Shown in pieces: positions 1 through 8,810 of a stretch of 21,402 bases of DNA (position 1 is its first letter; every line of letters starts with the position of its first letter). The notes under the pieces are model-generated. The model was not told the DNA's origin, did no database searches, and worked only from the letters and a program-made list of their open reading frames with translations. Origin of the DNA: Promethearchaeota archaeon (GTDB lineage: Archaea; Asgardarchaeota; Hermodarchaeia; Hermodarchaeales; Hermodarchaeaceae); contig JBHLMG010000031.1 of the NCBI GenBank assembly GCA_048938385.1, forward strand, positions 1 to 21,402, read 5' to 3'. A program made the position numbers and the translations under genes.

Positions 1-1028
1 TGTTGGGCTTTTTCGACGGAGTTGAGGAGTTCGACCATGCGGGCCCAGTGGTAGAGGAAGGTGTGGTGCCAGGGTTTGTCGAATTGGGCTTTGATGCGGT
101 TGTATTCTTCGCGGGCAAGGGGGGTGCTCATGTCGTCGGCGACGTTGACACGGGCGAGGGGACCAACGCGGTACATGCCTTTGGGCCAGCCCCAGGGCTT
201 GTAGAAGGGAAATTTGAGGTAGCTGTAGTCCTCGACGTGTTCGCCGATGTATTGGAGGTAGTCTTTGACCGGGAATTCTGCGAGCTTCTTGCCGGTGGCG
301 TCGATCATCCGGAGAGGGCCTTGGTAGACTTCAAGTTCACCTTTGGGGGTGACCAAGCCGAGGTAGCCGGTTTTGGGTTCATCGAGGAGTTCGACTTTGT
401 CGAGGAGGGGGCGCACGGCGGGTAAGAGTTCGGTGGCGAGGGTTTGGGCTTCTTGGGCTTGTTTGAGGAGGTCGTCACGGGCATCTTCGGAGAGCGGTTG
501 AGATATGCCGCCAGGTTGGGCGGTGACTGGGTGGATGGCGCGTCCGCCGGTCGCTTGGATGATGTTTTGCCCAATTTGGCGGAGGCGGATGACTTTGCCA
601 ACGAGGTCAGGGTTTTGTTTGAGGAGAGTGACGACATGGCGTTCTTCGGGTCCTGTACCGGGCAGGAGGAGGTCGGGTGCCGCTAGGTAGAAGAAGTGGA
701 GGGTGTGGGAGTGGATCATTTGACCATGGTGCATGAGTTCGCGGAGCATTTTGGCGGTGCGGGGCGGATCGACGCCGTAAAGCGCATCAGCGGCGTGGGC
801 GGAGGCGAGGTGGTGGCTGACCGGGCAGATGCCACACATGCGAGTGGCGATGCGTTGGGCTTCTTCGACAGGTCGGTTTTGCATGAACTTCTCAAAGCCG
901 CGGACATCCATGACATGGAAGTGGGCATCGGCGACATTGCCTTTGTCGTCGAGTTGAATCGTGATGGCGCCGTGTCCTTCGACACGGGAGACCGGGGCGA
1001 TTTTGATGGTTTGGGCTTTCTTACTCAT
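1..1028 (-). CDS. mvhA: [NiFe]-hydrogenase large subunit (group 3c, Mvh type), partial: C-terminus beyond window start
   Basis: Not in the ORF track because it is open to the edge. Manual translation from ATG 1028 (ATGA overlap with mvhG stop): MSKKAQTIKIAPVSRVEGHG...RGFEKF...TRMCGICPVSHHLAS...HSHTLHFFYLAAPD...YRVGPLARVN. Has the L1 RxCGxC motif and follows mvhD-mvhG. Confidence 0.95.
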   Translation of the reverse strand, partial: MSKKAQTIKIAPVSRVEGHGAITIQLDDKGNVADAHFHVMDVRGFEKFMQNRPVEEAQRIATRMCGICPVSHHLASAHAADALYGVDPPRTAKMLRELMHHGQMIHSHTLHFFYLAAPDLLLPGTGPEERHVVTLLKQNPDLVGKVIRLRQIGQNIIQATGGRAIHPVTAQPGGISQPLSEDARDDLLKQAQEAQTLATELLPAVRPLLDKVELLDEPKTGYLGLVTPKGELEVYQGPLRMIDATGKKLAEFPVKDYLQYIGEHVEDYSYLKFPFYKPWGWPKGMYRVGPLARVNVADDMSTPLAREEYNRIKAQFDKPWHHTFLYHWARMVELLNSVEKAQ

Positions 1029-1981
1029 GCTTTCACACCCTTTTTGGTTTTGATGGCATTAACATTGATGGCTTTCTTGAAGGTGGATGCTGCTAAGCTG
1101 AACCGGAGGTAGGTGCCGACGAGGTCGGGGATTTCTTTGACGATTTCTTCGGCGGGAGGTGCTTGGGTGGGGTCTTGGACGACGACGCTGCCGATGGCGC
1201 CAATCATTTTGGCGGCTTGATCGTCAACGGCTTCGGTGGGACCGAAACAGCCGCGGCAGGGGGTGAGGGCCGTGGGGCAGCGGGCTTCGCAGCCGCCTTG
1301 GGTGACGGGACCCATGCATTGGAAGCCTTGTTCGAGCAGGCAGCGTTCGGGGATGATTTTCTTGGTGCTCCAGCGTTTGAAGTTGGTGACGCTTTTTTCT
1401 TCTTTGGCGAGTGGACATTGGTCGCAGACGGTTTTGGGTTCGAGTTTGAACTCTCTGCCTTCGAGGAGGCAGGTGACGAGTTCGGCGATGAGCTTGGGTG
1501 GGGGTGGACAACCGGGGAGGATGTAGTCGACTTTAACATAGTCGCTGATGGGGTGGAGTTCATCAAGAATGGGAGGGACGACTTTGTGGGGGATGACACC
1601 TTTGGGGTTGACGGTGCTTTTGGTGTTGATGTAGACTTCTTTGAGGATTTCTTCCTTAGGATGGAGGTTGGCTAATCCTGGTACGCCACCAAAGGCTGAG
1701 CAGGCACCGAAGGCGACGAGGATTTGGCTGCGTTCGCGCATTTTGTGGAGGAGTTCGACTTGCTCTTCGTTGCGAACACCGCCGGAGACGAAACCGACGG
1801 TGACCCCTTCTTCAGGGGGTTCGCGGAAGTCCATGAGGACTTGGATATACTTGAGGTCGATGGCATCCAGGACGCCAGGCAGGGCCTGGTGGAGGTCGAG
1901 GATGGCGATTTCGCAGCCTGAGCAGATGCTGAGCGTTTCGACGGCGAGGGATGGTTTGGTCATCTTATTGGGGTCCTCCAT
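1025..1981 (-). CDS. mvhG: [NiFe]-hydrogenase small subunit MvhG
   Basis: CSGC, GACSAFGG, PGCPP, CDQC, CLLEQGFQCMGP, CEARCP and CRGCFG Fe-S motifs; lies between mvhD and mvhA. Start may be 1981 or 1963. Confidence 0.95.
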   Translation of the reverse strand: MEDPNKMTKPSLAVETLSICSGCEIAILDLHQALPGVLDAIDLKYIQVLMDFREPPEEGVTVGFVSGGVRNEEQVELLHKMRERSQILVAFGACSAFGGVPGLANLHPKEEILKEVYINTKSTVNPKGVIPHKVVPPILDELHPISDYVKVDYILPGCPPPPKLIAELVTCLLEGREFKLEPKTVCDQCPLAKEEKSVTNFKRWSTKKIIPERCLLEQGFQCMGPVTQGGCEARCPTALTPCRGCFGPTEAVDDQAAKMIGAIGSVVVQDPTQAPPAEEIVKEIPDLVGTYLRFSLAASTFKKAINVNAIKTKKGVKA

Positions 1982-2393
1982 TTGCCAGCGGATTGGGTCC
2001 TAAAAGCTTGATCTCTTTTACAAAGGACTTCATGGTCTCAGCGAATTTGTGACCTTCTGCGGCAGAGATCCATTCGAGGCGGAGCCGTTCAGGTTCGAGC
2101 CCGATTTCTTTGAGGTACTCTTTGAGGAGGGCGACGCGCCTGGAGGTTTGGTAGTTCCCGGAGACATAGTGGCAATCGCCGAAGTGACAGCCTGCGATGA
2201 GGACGCCGTCAGCGTTGAGTTTCAGGGCGCGGAGAATGAATTGGGGGTCGACGCGTCCGCTGCAGTTGACGCGGATAACTCGAGCGTTGGGGGGATATTG
2301 GATGCGGGAGGTTCCGGCCATGTCTGCGCCGGCGTAGCTGCACCAGCGACAGGCGAAGGCGACGATTTTGGGTTCCCAATTCTTGGTGGGCAT
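1965..2393 (-). CDS. mvhD: Hydrogenase [2Fe-2S] adaptor subunit MvhD
   Basis: PKIVAFACRWCSYAGAD, CSGRV, GCHFGDCHY, RLRLEWISAAE. Start moved to ATG 2393, just after the hdrA stop; the track's 2513 start overlaps hdrA. Confidence 0.95.
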   Translation of the reverse strand: MPTKNWEPKIVAFACRWCSYAGADMAGTSRIQYPPNARVIRVNCSGRVDPQFILRALKLNADGVLIAGCHFGDCHYVSGNYQTSRRVALLKEYLKEIGLEPERLRLEWISAAEGHKFAETMKSFVKEIKLLGPNPLANGGPQ

Positions 2394-2395
2394 GG

Positions 2396-4366
2396 TTACT
2401 TCGCTTCCTGAAAGAGGGCATCGAGTTGGGCGATGATTTGCTCCATAGTGAAGTGTTGCGGGGCAATGGCTTCGTTGGGACAGGCCGCAGCGCAGGTACC
2501 ACAGCCCTTGCATTGGGCTTCGGTGACCTGAGCACGGTTGTCTACGACTTTCACGGCGCCATAGGGACAGGAGGCTTCGCAGATTCCACAGCCTGCGCAG
2601 AGGTCTTCGTTGACCACAGCAGCGTAGGGTTGGACTGCGACATGTCCAACGGTCACCATGGCGAGGGCACTAGCAGCAGCACCTTTCGCTTGAGCGACGG
2701 AGTCGGGGATATCCTTGGGTCCTTGAGCGGCACCAGCAATGAAAATCCCGTCAGTATTGGTTTCAACGGGGCGCAACTTGGGGTGGGCTTCTAAGAAGAA
2801 ACCGTCGGCGCTGCGTTGGATGCCTAGGACTCGAGCGAGTTCGGCTTGATTCTGGGGTGCTTCGATTCCGCAGGAGAGCACGACAATATCAGCTTCTGCT
2901 TCTACGGGCTGACCGAGGAAGGTGTCTTCGGCACGGACAACGAGACTGTCGGATTCGAAGGATTCCCGAACTTCGGATACACGACCTCGTACAAAGGTGA
3001 CGCCGTACTCTCGTGCAGTAGTTTCGTAGAATTCTTCATAACCTTTCCCAAAGGCACGCATATCAATGTAAAAAATCGTGACCTTAACATCGGGGTACTT
3101 CTCACGGATCTGCCGGGCCTGTTTCAGAGCAGCCATGCAGCAGACTCGAGAACAATAGCTGTTGTACCGTTCGTTCCGTGATCCGACGCATTGAATGTAG
3201 GCGATGTGTTTGGGTTTCTTCATGGTGGAGGGGCGGATAATTTTGCCTTCTGTGGGTCCTGCGGCGCTTAGCATTCGTTCCATTTCAAGGTTCGACATGA
3301 CATCGGGGTACTTGCCATACCCGTATTCGAGTTGTTTCATGGCATCGAACAATTCAAAGCCGGTGGTCACGATGATGGCTCCCACCTCCAGTTCGACGAT
3401 TTCCGGCTTCATTTCATAATCAATGGCTTCCGCCTCGCAGGCATCCTTGCATTTCCCACAGGCAATTGGTGTCATACCTAGGCAGTGATCGGTGTCGATG
3501 ACATACGCGTTAGGCACGGCTTGGGCGAATGGAATGTAGATTGCCTTCCGCCACCCTAACCCTGCATTAAACTCGTCTGGCACATTTACCTGACAAACTT
3601 CCAAGCAGTCCGCGCAAGCGGTACACTTGTCTTCGATGACATACCGGGGCTTCCGTTCTACTTTGACCTTGAAGTTGCCCACAAATCCATTAACTTCACG
3701 AACCTCACTGTAGGTCATCAACTCGATGTTCGGATGTTGCCCTACTAAGCTCATCTTCGGGGTCAGAATACAACTACTACAATCCAAAGTCGGAAACGTC
3801 TTATCGAGTTGAGCCATGTGCCCACCGATGCTCGGTTCTTTTTCAACGAGATAGACTTTGTAGCCCGCATCCGCGATGTCGAGCGCTGCTTGGATACCAG
3901 CGATGCCAGCGCCAACAACGAGGACATTAGCCTTGACATCGACTTCTTTTTGTTCGAGGGGCTCAAGTTTGGCAGCCCGAGCGACTGCCATTTTGACGAG
4001 GTCTTTTGCTTTTTCGAGAGCGGCTTCTTCTTCATGGGTATGGACCCAGCTGCAGTGTTCCCGGATGTTTGACATGTCAAAAAAGAAGGGGTTCAGTCCC
4101 ATGCTTTCGAGGACGCGGCGGAAGGTGGGTTCGTGAAGGGTTGGGCTGCAAGCGGCGACGACGACGCGGTTGAGGCCTTTTTCCCGGGCGCGTTCTCGAA
4201 TGAGGTCTTGTCCGGGGTCAGAGCACATGTAGCGGTAATCCTCGGCTACCGTGACATGGGGGAGGGTGGCGGCGTATTCGACGAGTTTGGGGATGTCGAT
4301 GACGCCGGCTATGTTTGAGCCGCAATGGCAGATGAAAACGCCGATTTTCGGTTCTTCTGTGGACAT
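2396..4366 (-). CDS. hdrA: Heterodisulfide reductase flavoprotein subunit A (electron-bifurcating)
   Basis: ICHCGSNI, VAACSP, NIREHCSW, GAGIAG FAD motif, LDKTFPTLDCSSC, inserted ferredoxin, CVGSR/YCSRVCC, C-terminal 2x[4Fe-4S]. ATG 4366 has a GGAGTGA SD; alternative GTG at 4378. Confidence 0.96.
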   Translation of the reverse strand: MSTEEPKIGVFICHCGSNIAGVIDIPKLVEYAATLPHVTVAEDYRYMCSDPGQDLIRERAREKGLNRVVVAACSPTLHEPTFRRVLESMGLNPFFFDMSNIREHCSWVHTHEEEAALEKAKDLVKMAVARAAKLEPLEQKEVDVKANVLVVGAGIAGIQAALDIADAGYKVYLVEKEPSIGGHMAQLDKTFPTLDCSSCILTPKMSLVGQHPNIELMTYSEVREVNGFVGNFKVKVERKPRYVIEDKCTACADCLEVCQVNVPDEFNAGLGWRKAIYIPFAQAVPNAYVIDTDHCLGMTPIACGKCKDACEAEAIDYEMKPEIVELEVGAIIVTTGFELFDAMKQLEYGYGKYPDVMSNLEMERMLSAAGPTEGKIIRPSTMKKPKHIAYIQCVGSRNERYNSYCSRVCCMAALKQARQIREKYPDVKVTIFYIDMRAFGKGYEEFYETTAREYGVTFVRGRVSEVRESFESDSLVVRAEDTFLGQPVEAEADIVVLSCGIEAPQNQAELARVLGIQRSADGFFLEAHPKLRPVETNTDGIFIAGAAQGPKDIPDSVAQAKGAAASALAMVTVGHVAVQPYAAVVNEDLCAGCGICEASCPYGAVKVVDNRAQVTEAQCKGCGTCAAACPNEAIAPQHFTMEQIIAQLDALFQEAK

Positions 4367-4374
4367 TCTGTGGT

Positions 4375-4938
4375 TCACTCCGGTTTGGGTGCTGGGTTCA
4401 TGGCCGTCTGTCCGAGTTTCATACCTTCAGCGAAGGCGCGGAGGTTGAGTTCCCGGTACTTCGGGAAGGCCTTGGCAATGGCTTTCTCCATTGCTTGGGG
4501 AGTGACGGCTTTGGTGATTGCGGTGAAGGCACCAAGCATGACGACATTGGTCACGAGGGGGTTTTTCAACACCTTGTGGGCTGTTGCCGCAGCTGGTATC
4601 TCATACAGCTTTATGCCCGGTTTAATGTCTCCCGCTTTCACCAAGTCTGAGTCGATGATGAGGATGCTTCCGTCGACGAGGTCGTCTTTGTATTTGTGAA
4701 AGGCGTCATTGGAGAGGGCGACCATGATCTGAGGGGTGAGGACGAGGGGATAGTCGACGGGGGTGTCGGAGATAATGATTTCGGCTTTGCAAGCGCTTCC
4801 TCGGGATTCGGGGCCATAGGAGGCGGTTTGAACGGCTTCTTTACCATCATGGATGGAGGCAGCTTCGCCGATTATGACAGCGGATTTAATGACGCCTTGT
4901 CCACCGAGCCCGCCGAGCCGAATTTCTATGCGTGTCAT
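4375..4938 (-). CDS. korC: 2-oxoacid:ferredoxin oxidoreductase gamma subunit
   Basis: IRLGGLGGQG, YGPESRG, NVVMLGA and N-x-x-AF-x-x-G motifs typical of POR/KOR gamma subunits. Confidence 0.92.
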   Translation of the reverse strand: MTRIEIRLGGLGGQGVIKSAVIIGEAASIHDGKEAVQTASYGPESRGSACKAEIIISDTPVDYPLVLTPQIMVALSNDAFHKYKDDLVDGSILIIDSDLVKAGDIKPGIKLYEIPAAATAHKVLKNPLVTNVVMLGAFTAITKAVTPQAMEKAIAKAFPKYRELNLRAFAEGMKLGQTAMNPAPKPE

Positions 4939-4944
4939 GCTTCA

Positions 4945-5790
4945 TCACTTCTGTTGGACTTTTTCTGCTTGCGCTCCAAGGAGCTCGGTGAATTCGGGTT
5001 TTTCTGTATCGATGAATTCACCGCACACAATCTTGGTGCGATAGTCAATTTCCGCTTTCATGGGATCTGTGAAGTTACGAATGACTGAGATTTCTCGATA
5101 TCGTTTCATCACATCGAGGCCTGAGCCATGACGGTTGTAACGGTCATACAGGGTGGGGCAGGGTGAGACAACTTCGATGAACTTGAAGCCTGGTTTTTGA
5201 AGGGCTTTTTCGATGGATTTGGTCATTCGGCGAGCATGGAGGGCGGTCCATCGGGCAACATAGACCGCTCCGGAAGCGGCAGCGACACTGACGAGGTTGA
5301 AAGGGTGTTCAATGTTACCATCAGGAGAGGTAACGGTGATTGCTGAATCGGGGGTGGTGGGGCCCATTTGGCCACCGGTCATGCCGTAGTTGAAGTTGTT
5401 GACGCATAGGACAAGCATGTCGACATTTCGGCGCGCCGCGTGGATGAAGTGGTTTCCACCAATGGCGAAAAGGTCGCCATCACCACTGATTACGACTGGC
5501 GTTAGATTCGGATTCGCAACTTTAACGCCGGTTGCGAAGGCGATGGCTCGACCGTGGGTGGTGTGGTAGCTATCAGCGTTAAAGTATCCGCTGGCCCGTC
5601 CGGTGCAACCGATTCCACTAATAACGACGAGGCGGTCCATATCAAATTGTAGGCTGCGCAGAGCGATGGCAAAGGCTTGCAGCACAGTTCCGATGCCACA
5701 AGCGCTGCAAAAGATGTGGGGAAGCCGATCTCGACGGATGTATTCTAAAATGGGATGTTCATCTTGTATGGTGCGAGTTGTTACAGTCAA
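4945..5790 (-). CDS. korB: 2-oxoacid:ferredoxin oxidoreductase beta (TPP-binding) subunit
   Basis: FCSACG, SGIGC, HTTHGRA, GDGD...NN TPP motif, YGMTGGQ, SPCPT. TTG start overlaps the korA stop, with a GGAGG SD. Confidence 0.93.
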   Translation of the reverse strand: MTVTTRTIQDEHPILEYIRRDRLPHIFCSACGIGTVLQAFAIALRSLQFDMDRLVVISGIGCTGRASGYFNADSYHTTHGRAIAFATGVKVANPNLTPVVISGDGDLFAIGGNHFIHAARRNVDMLVLCVNNFNYGMTGGQMGPTTPDSAITVTSPDGNIEHPFNLVSVAAASGAVYVARWTALHARRMTKSIEKALQKPGFKFIEVVSPCPTLYDRYNRHGSGLDVMKRYREISVIRNFTDPMKAEIDYRTKIVCGEFIDTEKPEFTELLGAQAEKVQQK

Positions 5791-6938
5791 TTGACATGCC
5801 TCCGAATTTCTTTCACCAGTTCATCGGGAGTGTGTGGAGTGCCACATACCCGAGGAATGAAATGGACGGGTACTTCGTTGCGAATGATGCGTTCTACTTC
5901 GCCAACGAGTTGTCCATAATTCAATTCTGCCACCACTACATGTTGAGCGTTGGTGGCGGCTTCTTTCAGTTGTTCTTTGGGAAACGGCCAAACGGTAATG
6001 GGGCGGAACAGTCCAATTTTCACGCCGTTGGCGCGGGCATCCTTTATGGCGCGCATGGCTGTGCGGGCTTCACCGCCGTAAGCGACTAGGAGGATTTCAG
6101 CGTCTTCGGTTTCGGTGGATTTCGCCATGGTGATTTTGTGAGCGTTTTTACGGATTTTTTCGCAAAGTCGTGGTACCAAGGCCAGTTGGGCTTCTTCGGT
6201 CATTTCAGGATAGCCCCGTTCGTCGTGAGTTAATCCAGTAGCGTAGAAGTGATATCCTTCACCGAAGTTCGCCATGGGAGGAACGAGGTCTTCATCGGCC
6301 TTGAAGGGTAGGTAATCTTCGGGTTCCACAACGGGTTTCTTACGGTTGATAATTTTAATTTCCTCTTCGGGGGGAATGATGAGGCGTTCCCGCATGTGCC
6401 CGATAATCTCATCTGCTAGCACGAAGGTGGGGACGCGGTACTGTTCAGAGAGATTGAAGGCTTTGATAGTGAGATCAAACATTTCCTGCACCGAAGAGGG
6501 AATGAGGGCAATGATTTCGTAATCGCCATGACTGCCCCATTTTGCTTGCATGATATCGCTTTGACTAGCTTCGGTAGGTTGCCCTGTTGATGGGCCTCCA
6601 CGCATGACATTGACCAAGACCATGGGGGCTTCGGTCATCACGGCTAGCCCAATGGTTTCGTTCATCAGACTGACGCCAGGACCCGAGGTGGCCGTCATGG
6701 CTTTAATGCCGGCATAGGAGGCGCCGACCACGGCGGTGCAGGAGGCGATTTCATCTTCCATTTGGATGTATCGCCCACCAATCCGAGGGAGCCGATAGGC
6801 CATGCGTTCGGAGATTTCTGTGGCCGGAGTGATGGGGTAACCAGCGAAGAAGCGGCAGCCAGCAGCGAGGGCGCCTTCAGCAGCTGCGATGTCGCCCTGA
6901 GTAAACATTTCTCCGGTGAGAACGGCTCTATGCATCAT
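5787..6938 (-). CDS. korA: 2-oxoacid:ferredoxin oxidoreductase alpha subunit
   Basis: AGYPITPATE, QMEDE, TATSGPG, MRGGPSTG. KorA-like; substrate cannot be determined from sequence. Confidence 0.93.
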   Translation of the reverse strand: MMHRAVLTGEMFTQGDIAAAEGALAAGCRFFAGYPITPATEISERMAYRLPRIGGRYIQMEDEIASCTAVVGASYAGIKAMTATSGPGVSLMNETIGLAVMTEAPMVLVNVMRGGPSTGQPTEASQSDIMQAKWGSHGDYEIIALIPSSVQEMFDLTIKAFNLSEQYRVPTFVLADEIIGHMRERLIIPPEEEIKIINRKKPVVEPEDYLPFKADEDLVPPMANFGEGYHFYATGLTHDERGYPEMTEEAQLALVPRLCEKIRKNAHKITMAKSTETEDAEILLVAYGGEARTAMRAIKDARANGVKIGLFRPITVWPFPKEQLKEAATNAQHVVVAELNYGQLVGEVERIIRNEVPVHFIPRVCGTPHTPDELVKEIRRHVN

Positions 6939-7222
6939 TTTTCACCTTTTTTGGGCTTTGCCTCTTCTTCGACATGAATCGCAAAATCAGGGCATAAGGC
7001 TTCGCAGAGTTCGCAGCCAACGCATCGATCAATGTTGGTTGCAACGGGGGGATAGTAGCCTTTGGAATTGAATTTGGTAGATTGTTCTAAGACTTCGCGG
7101 GGGCAGAAGGTGTAGCAGAAGCCACAGCCTTTACACCACTCCTCGTTCACGACGATTCGCCACTTCGTGTTGGAATCCTCCTGTGGTACAATCGGTACTC
7201 GTTCCTGCCTCGTCAACATCAC
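6935..7222 (-). CDS. korD: 2-oxoacid:ferredoxin oxidoreductase delta subunit (2x[4Fe-4S])
   Basis: CKGCGFC...CP and CVGCELCEALCPDFAI; N-x-KGY motif; overlaps hdrB and korA. Confidence 0.92.
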   Translation of the reverse strand: MMLTRQERVPIVPQEDSNTKWRIVVNEEWCKGCGFCYTFCPREVLEQSTKFNSKGYYPPVATNIDRCVGCELCEALCPDFAIHVEEEAKPKKGEK

Positions 7223-8112
7223 ACGCTCATCCCAATTTTGTCAAGAAAGGAATCAGTAGGTATGTAGTGTTTATCTAACCCCATCTGTTTGGGTGTAAAG
7301 CCTTGGGCAAGTCCCAGTAGCTGGGTATAGTACAGAACCGGAATTTGGAAGTTGGCCCCTAGCTCCTTGTTGACTTGCATCTGCCCCAGGTCAAACTGAA
7401 GGTGGCAGAAATTGCACACATTCACCAGGGCATCAACTTTAGCGTCTTGCATTGCTTGGAGCTTCTCACGGACCATATCCAAGGAGACATTGAGCTCGGC
7501 GGATCGGAGACCGCCACCAGCACCACAGCACATGTCCTTCAACTTATAATCCACCGTGGTTCCTCCCACCAGTTCGACGAGTTCATCGACCAGGGTAAAA
7601 TCTTCAACCACACCCCAGGGTCGGATGTCACTGGGTTTGAGGAGGTGGCAACCAACATGAATGGCAAAACGGGCATTAATAGGGTGAACGATGGTTTCTT
7701 CGATGGCTTCCTTCCCAATATCGTTGTATAAGACTTCGACCAGGTGCTTAGCGGTGGCAGTACCCTTGACTTGGTGCCCTGTACCCTTCAGGATGTTGTT
7801 GACGCGTTTTCGAGTCTCAGGATCTTGAAGTTTGTGATATCCTGCGATGAGGGTGCCATAACAGCCATTGCATAGAACGAGAATGTCAAGCCCGTTTTCC
7901 TCAGAAAGAGCGATGTTCCGAGCCGTGATTGCGAGCCAAGTATCAATGTCGAAGGATTTAATGACACCAGGAGCAGGACAACAAGACGCCCCTTCCATTT
8001 CGACAAGTTCGATGCCTAACTTAGGAGCTACCAACCGTGTCGCTGCTTCGATTTGCGGAAGCCGATTAGGAATAACGCACCCCAGAAAAAGGCTGTACCT
8101 ATGAGTCTCCAT
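7219..8112 (-). CDS. hdrB: Heterodisulfide reductase subunit B (CCG domains)
   Basis: FLGC, CCPAPG, CNGC, HVGCH, CCGAGGG, CNFCHLQFD: full ligand set for two non-cubane clusters. Confidence 0.96.
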   Translation of the reverse strand: METHRYSLFLGCVIPNRLPQIEAATRLVAPKLGIELVEMEGASCCPAPGVIKSFDIDTWLAITARNIALSEENGLDILVLCNGCYGTLIAGYHKLQDPETRKRVNNILKGTGHQVKGTATAKHLVEVLYNDIGKEAIEETIVHPINARFAIHVGCHLLKPSDIRPWGVVEDFTLVDELVELVGGTTVDYKLKDMCCGAGGGLRSAELNVSLDMVREKLQAMQDAKVDALVNVCNFCHLQFDLGQMQVNKELGANFQIPVLYYTQLLGLAQGFTPKQMGLDKHYIPTDSFLDKIGMSV

Positions 8113-8659
8113 CCTCTTTTTCCTCCTTGTATCCGACTAGTTTATCAAACCCGGTTTTTTTGATAATATGTTGAATCTCTTTCACTGCCTTGGGATGAGA
8201 ATGAACAGTGGGAGGTAAGGAGGGGAGGCCTAAGTCTTCACGCATTTTACTCCATCGTTTATCGTCAATAGGAACCGCGTGACCGGTTTCGATGAGCTTA
8301 TGTGAGACGCCTTTATGCTCAGGTCTCATGTAACCAGCTTGACAAGAAAGATTACGAAGAAAAAGGATCGCCTCGGTGACATCGATTTTCCGTGGACATC
8401 GTTCAGTACAGGTTCCGCAGGTCGTACACAGCCATAATCCTGGATCAGAAAGAACCTCTTCACGAAGTCCTAACAGGGCTTTTCGAAGTAGCTGTCGTGT
8501 TCGATAAGCTGTCCGGCGTCCGGAGGGACAAGAGCCAGTACAGGTTCCGCATTGGATGCAAGCACGAATACGATCTAGCCCAGCTTTCTCCATCTCATCG
8601 GCAAGCCCGGGATCGATTTTTGCTCCATAAATTACTCGATGCTCAACCACAAAAGTCAC
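8099..8659 (-). CDS. hdrC: Heterodisulfide reductase subunit C
   Basis: CIQCGTCTGSCPSGRRT, WLCTTCGTCTERCPR, TGHAVPI; GTG start. Confidence 0.95.
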   Translation of the reverse strand: MTFVVEHRVIYGAKIDPGLADEMEKAGLDRIRACIQCGTCTGSCPSGRRTAYRTRQLLRKALLGLREEVLSDPGLWLCTTCGTCTERCPRKIDVTEAILFLRNLSCQAGYMRPEHKGVSHKLIETGHAVPIDDKRWSKMREDLGLPSLPPTVHSHPKAVKEIQHIIKKTGFDKLVGYKEEKEDGDS

Positions 8660-8680
8660 CCCAAGACAAGTGACGCCAAG

Positions 8681-8698
8681 GGTTTACAAATGTAAACC
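8681..8698. promoter_or_regulatory. Palindromic putative operator GGTTTACA-aa-TGTAAACC upstream of hdrC
   Basis: Perfect 8-bp inverted repeat with a 2-bp spacer, between the candidate TATA box and the hdrC start. Confidence 0.6.
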
Positions 8699-8723
8699 AA
8701 GATAAACATTTGCCTTTGACAGC

Positions 8724-8731
8724 CTTTAAAA
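8724..8731 (-). promoter_or_regulatory. Candidate TATA box of the hdr-kor-mvh operon
   Basis: TTTTAAAG on the minus strand about 65 nt upstream of hdrC. Confidence 0.5.
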
Positions 8732-8755
8732 TCTGACTCCTTGCGAGCAGCAGGC

Positions 8756-8767
8756 TTAAATTATAAG
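8756..8767 (+). promoter_or_regulatory. Candidate TATA box of the divergent membrane-protein gene
   Basis: TTAAATTATAAG about 45 nt upstream of TTG 8811. Confidence 0.45.
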
Positions 8768-8810
8768 AAAAAGAGAGTGTTCTGTACCTTCTCCTCAGGC
8801 GGGGTTTGCC

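Noticed and set aside
1-2700. G-rich plus strand (C-ending codons) in the mvh genes as a sign of horizontal transfer
   Set aside because: Judged by eye only; the change is gradual within one operon with no boundary or mobility genes, and expression-linked codon bias is as plausible.
3-8673. Many plus-strand and alternate-frame ORFs over the hdr/kor/mvh genes
   Set aside because: Shadow ORFs of well-supported minus-strand genes with biased codon usage.
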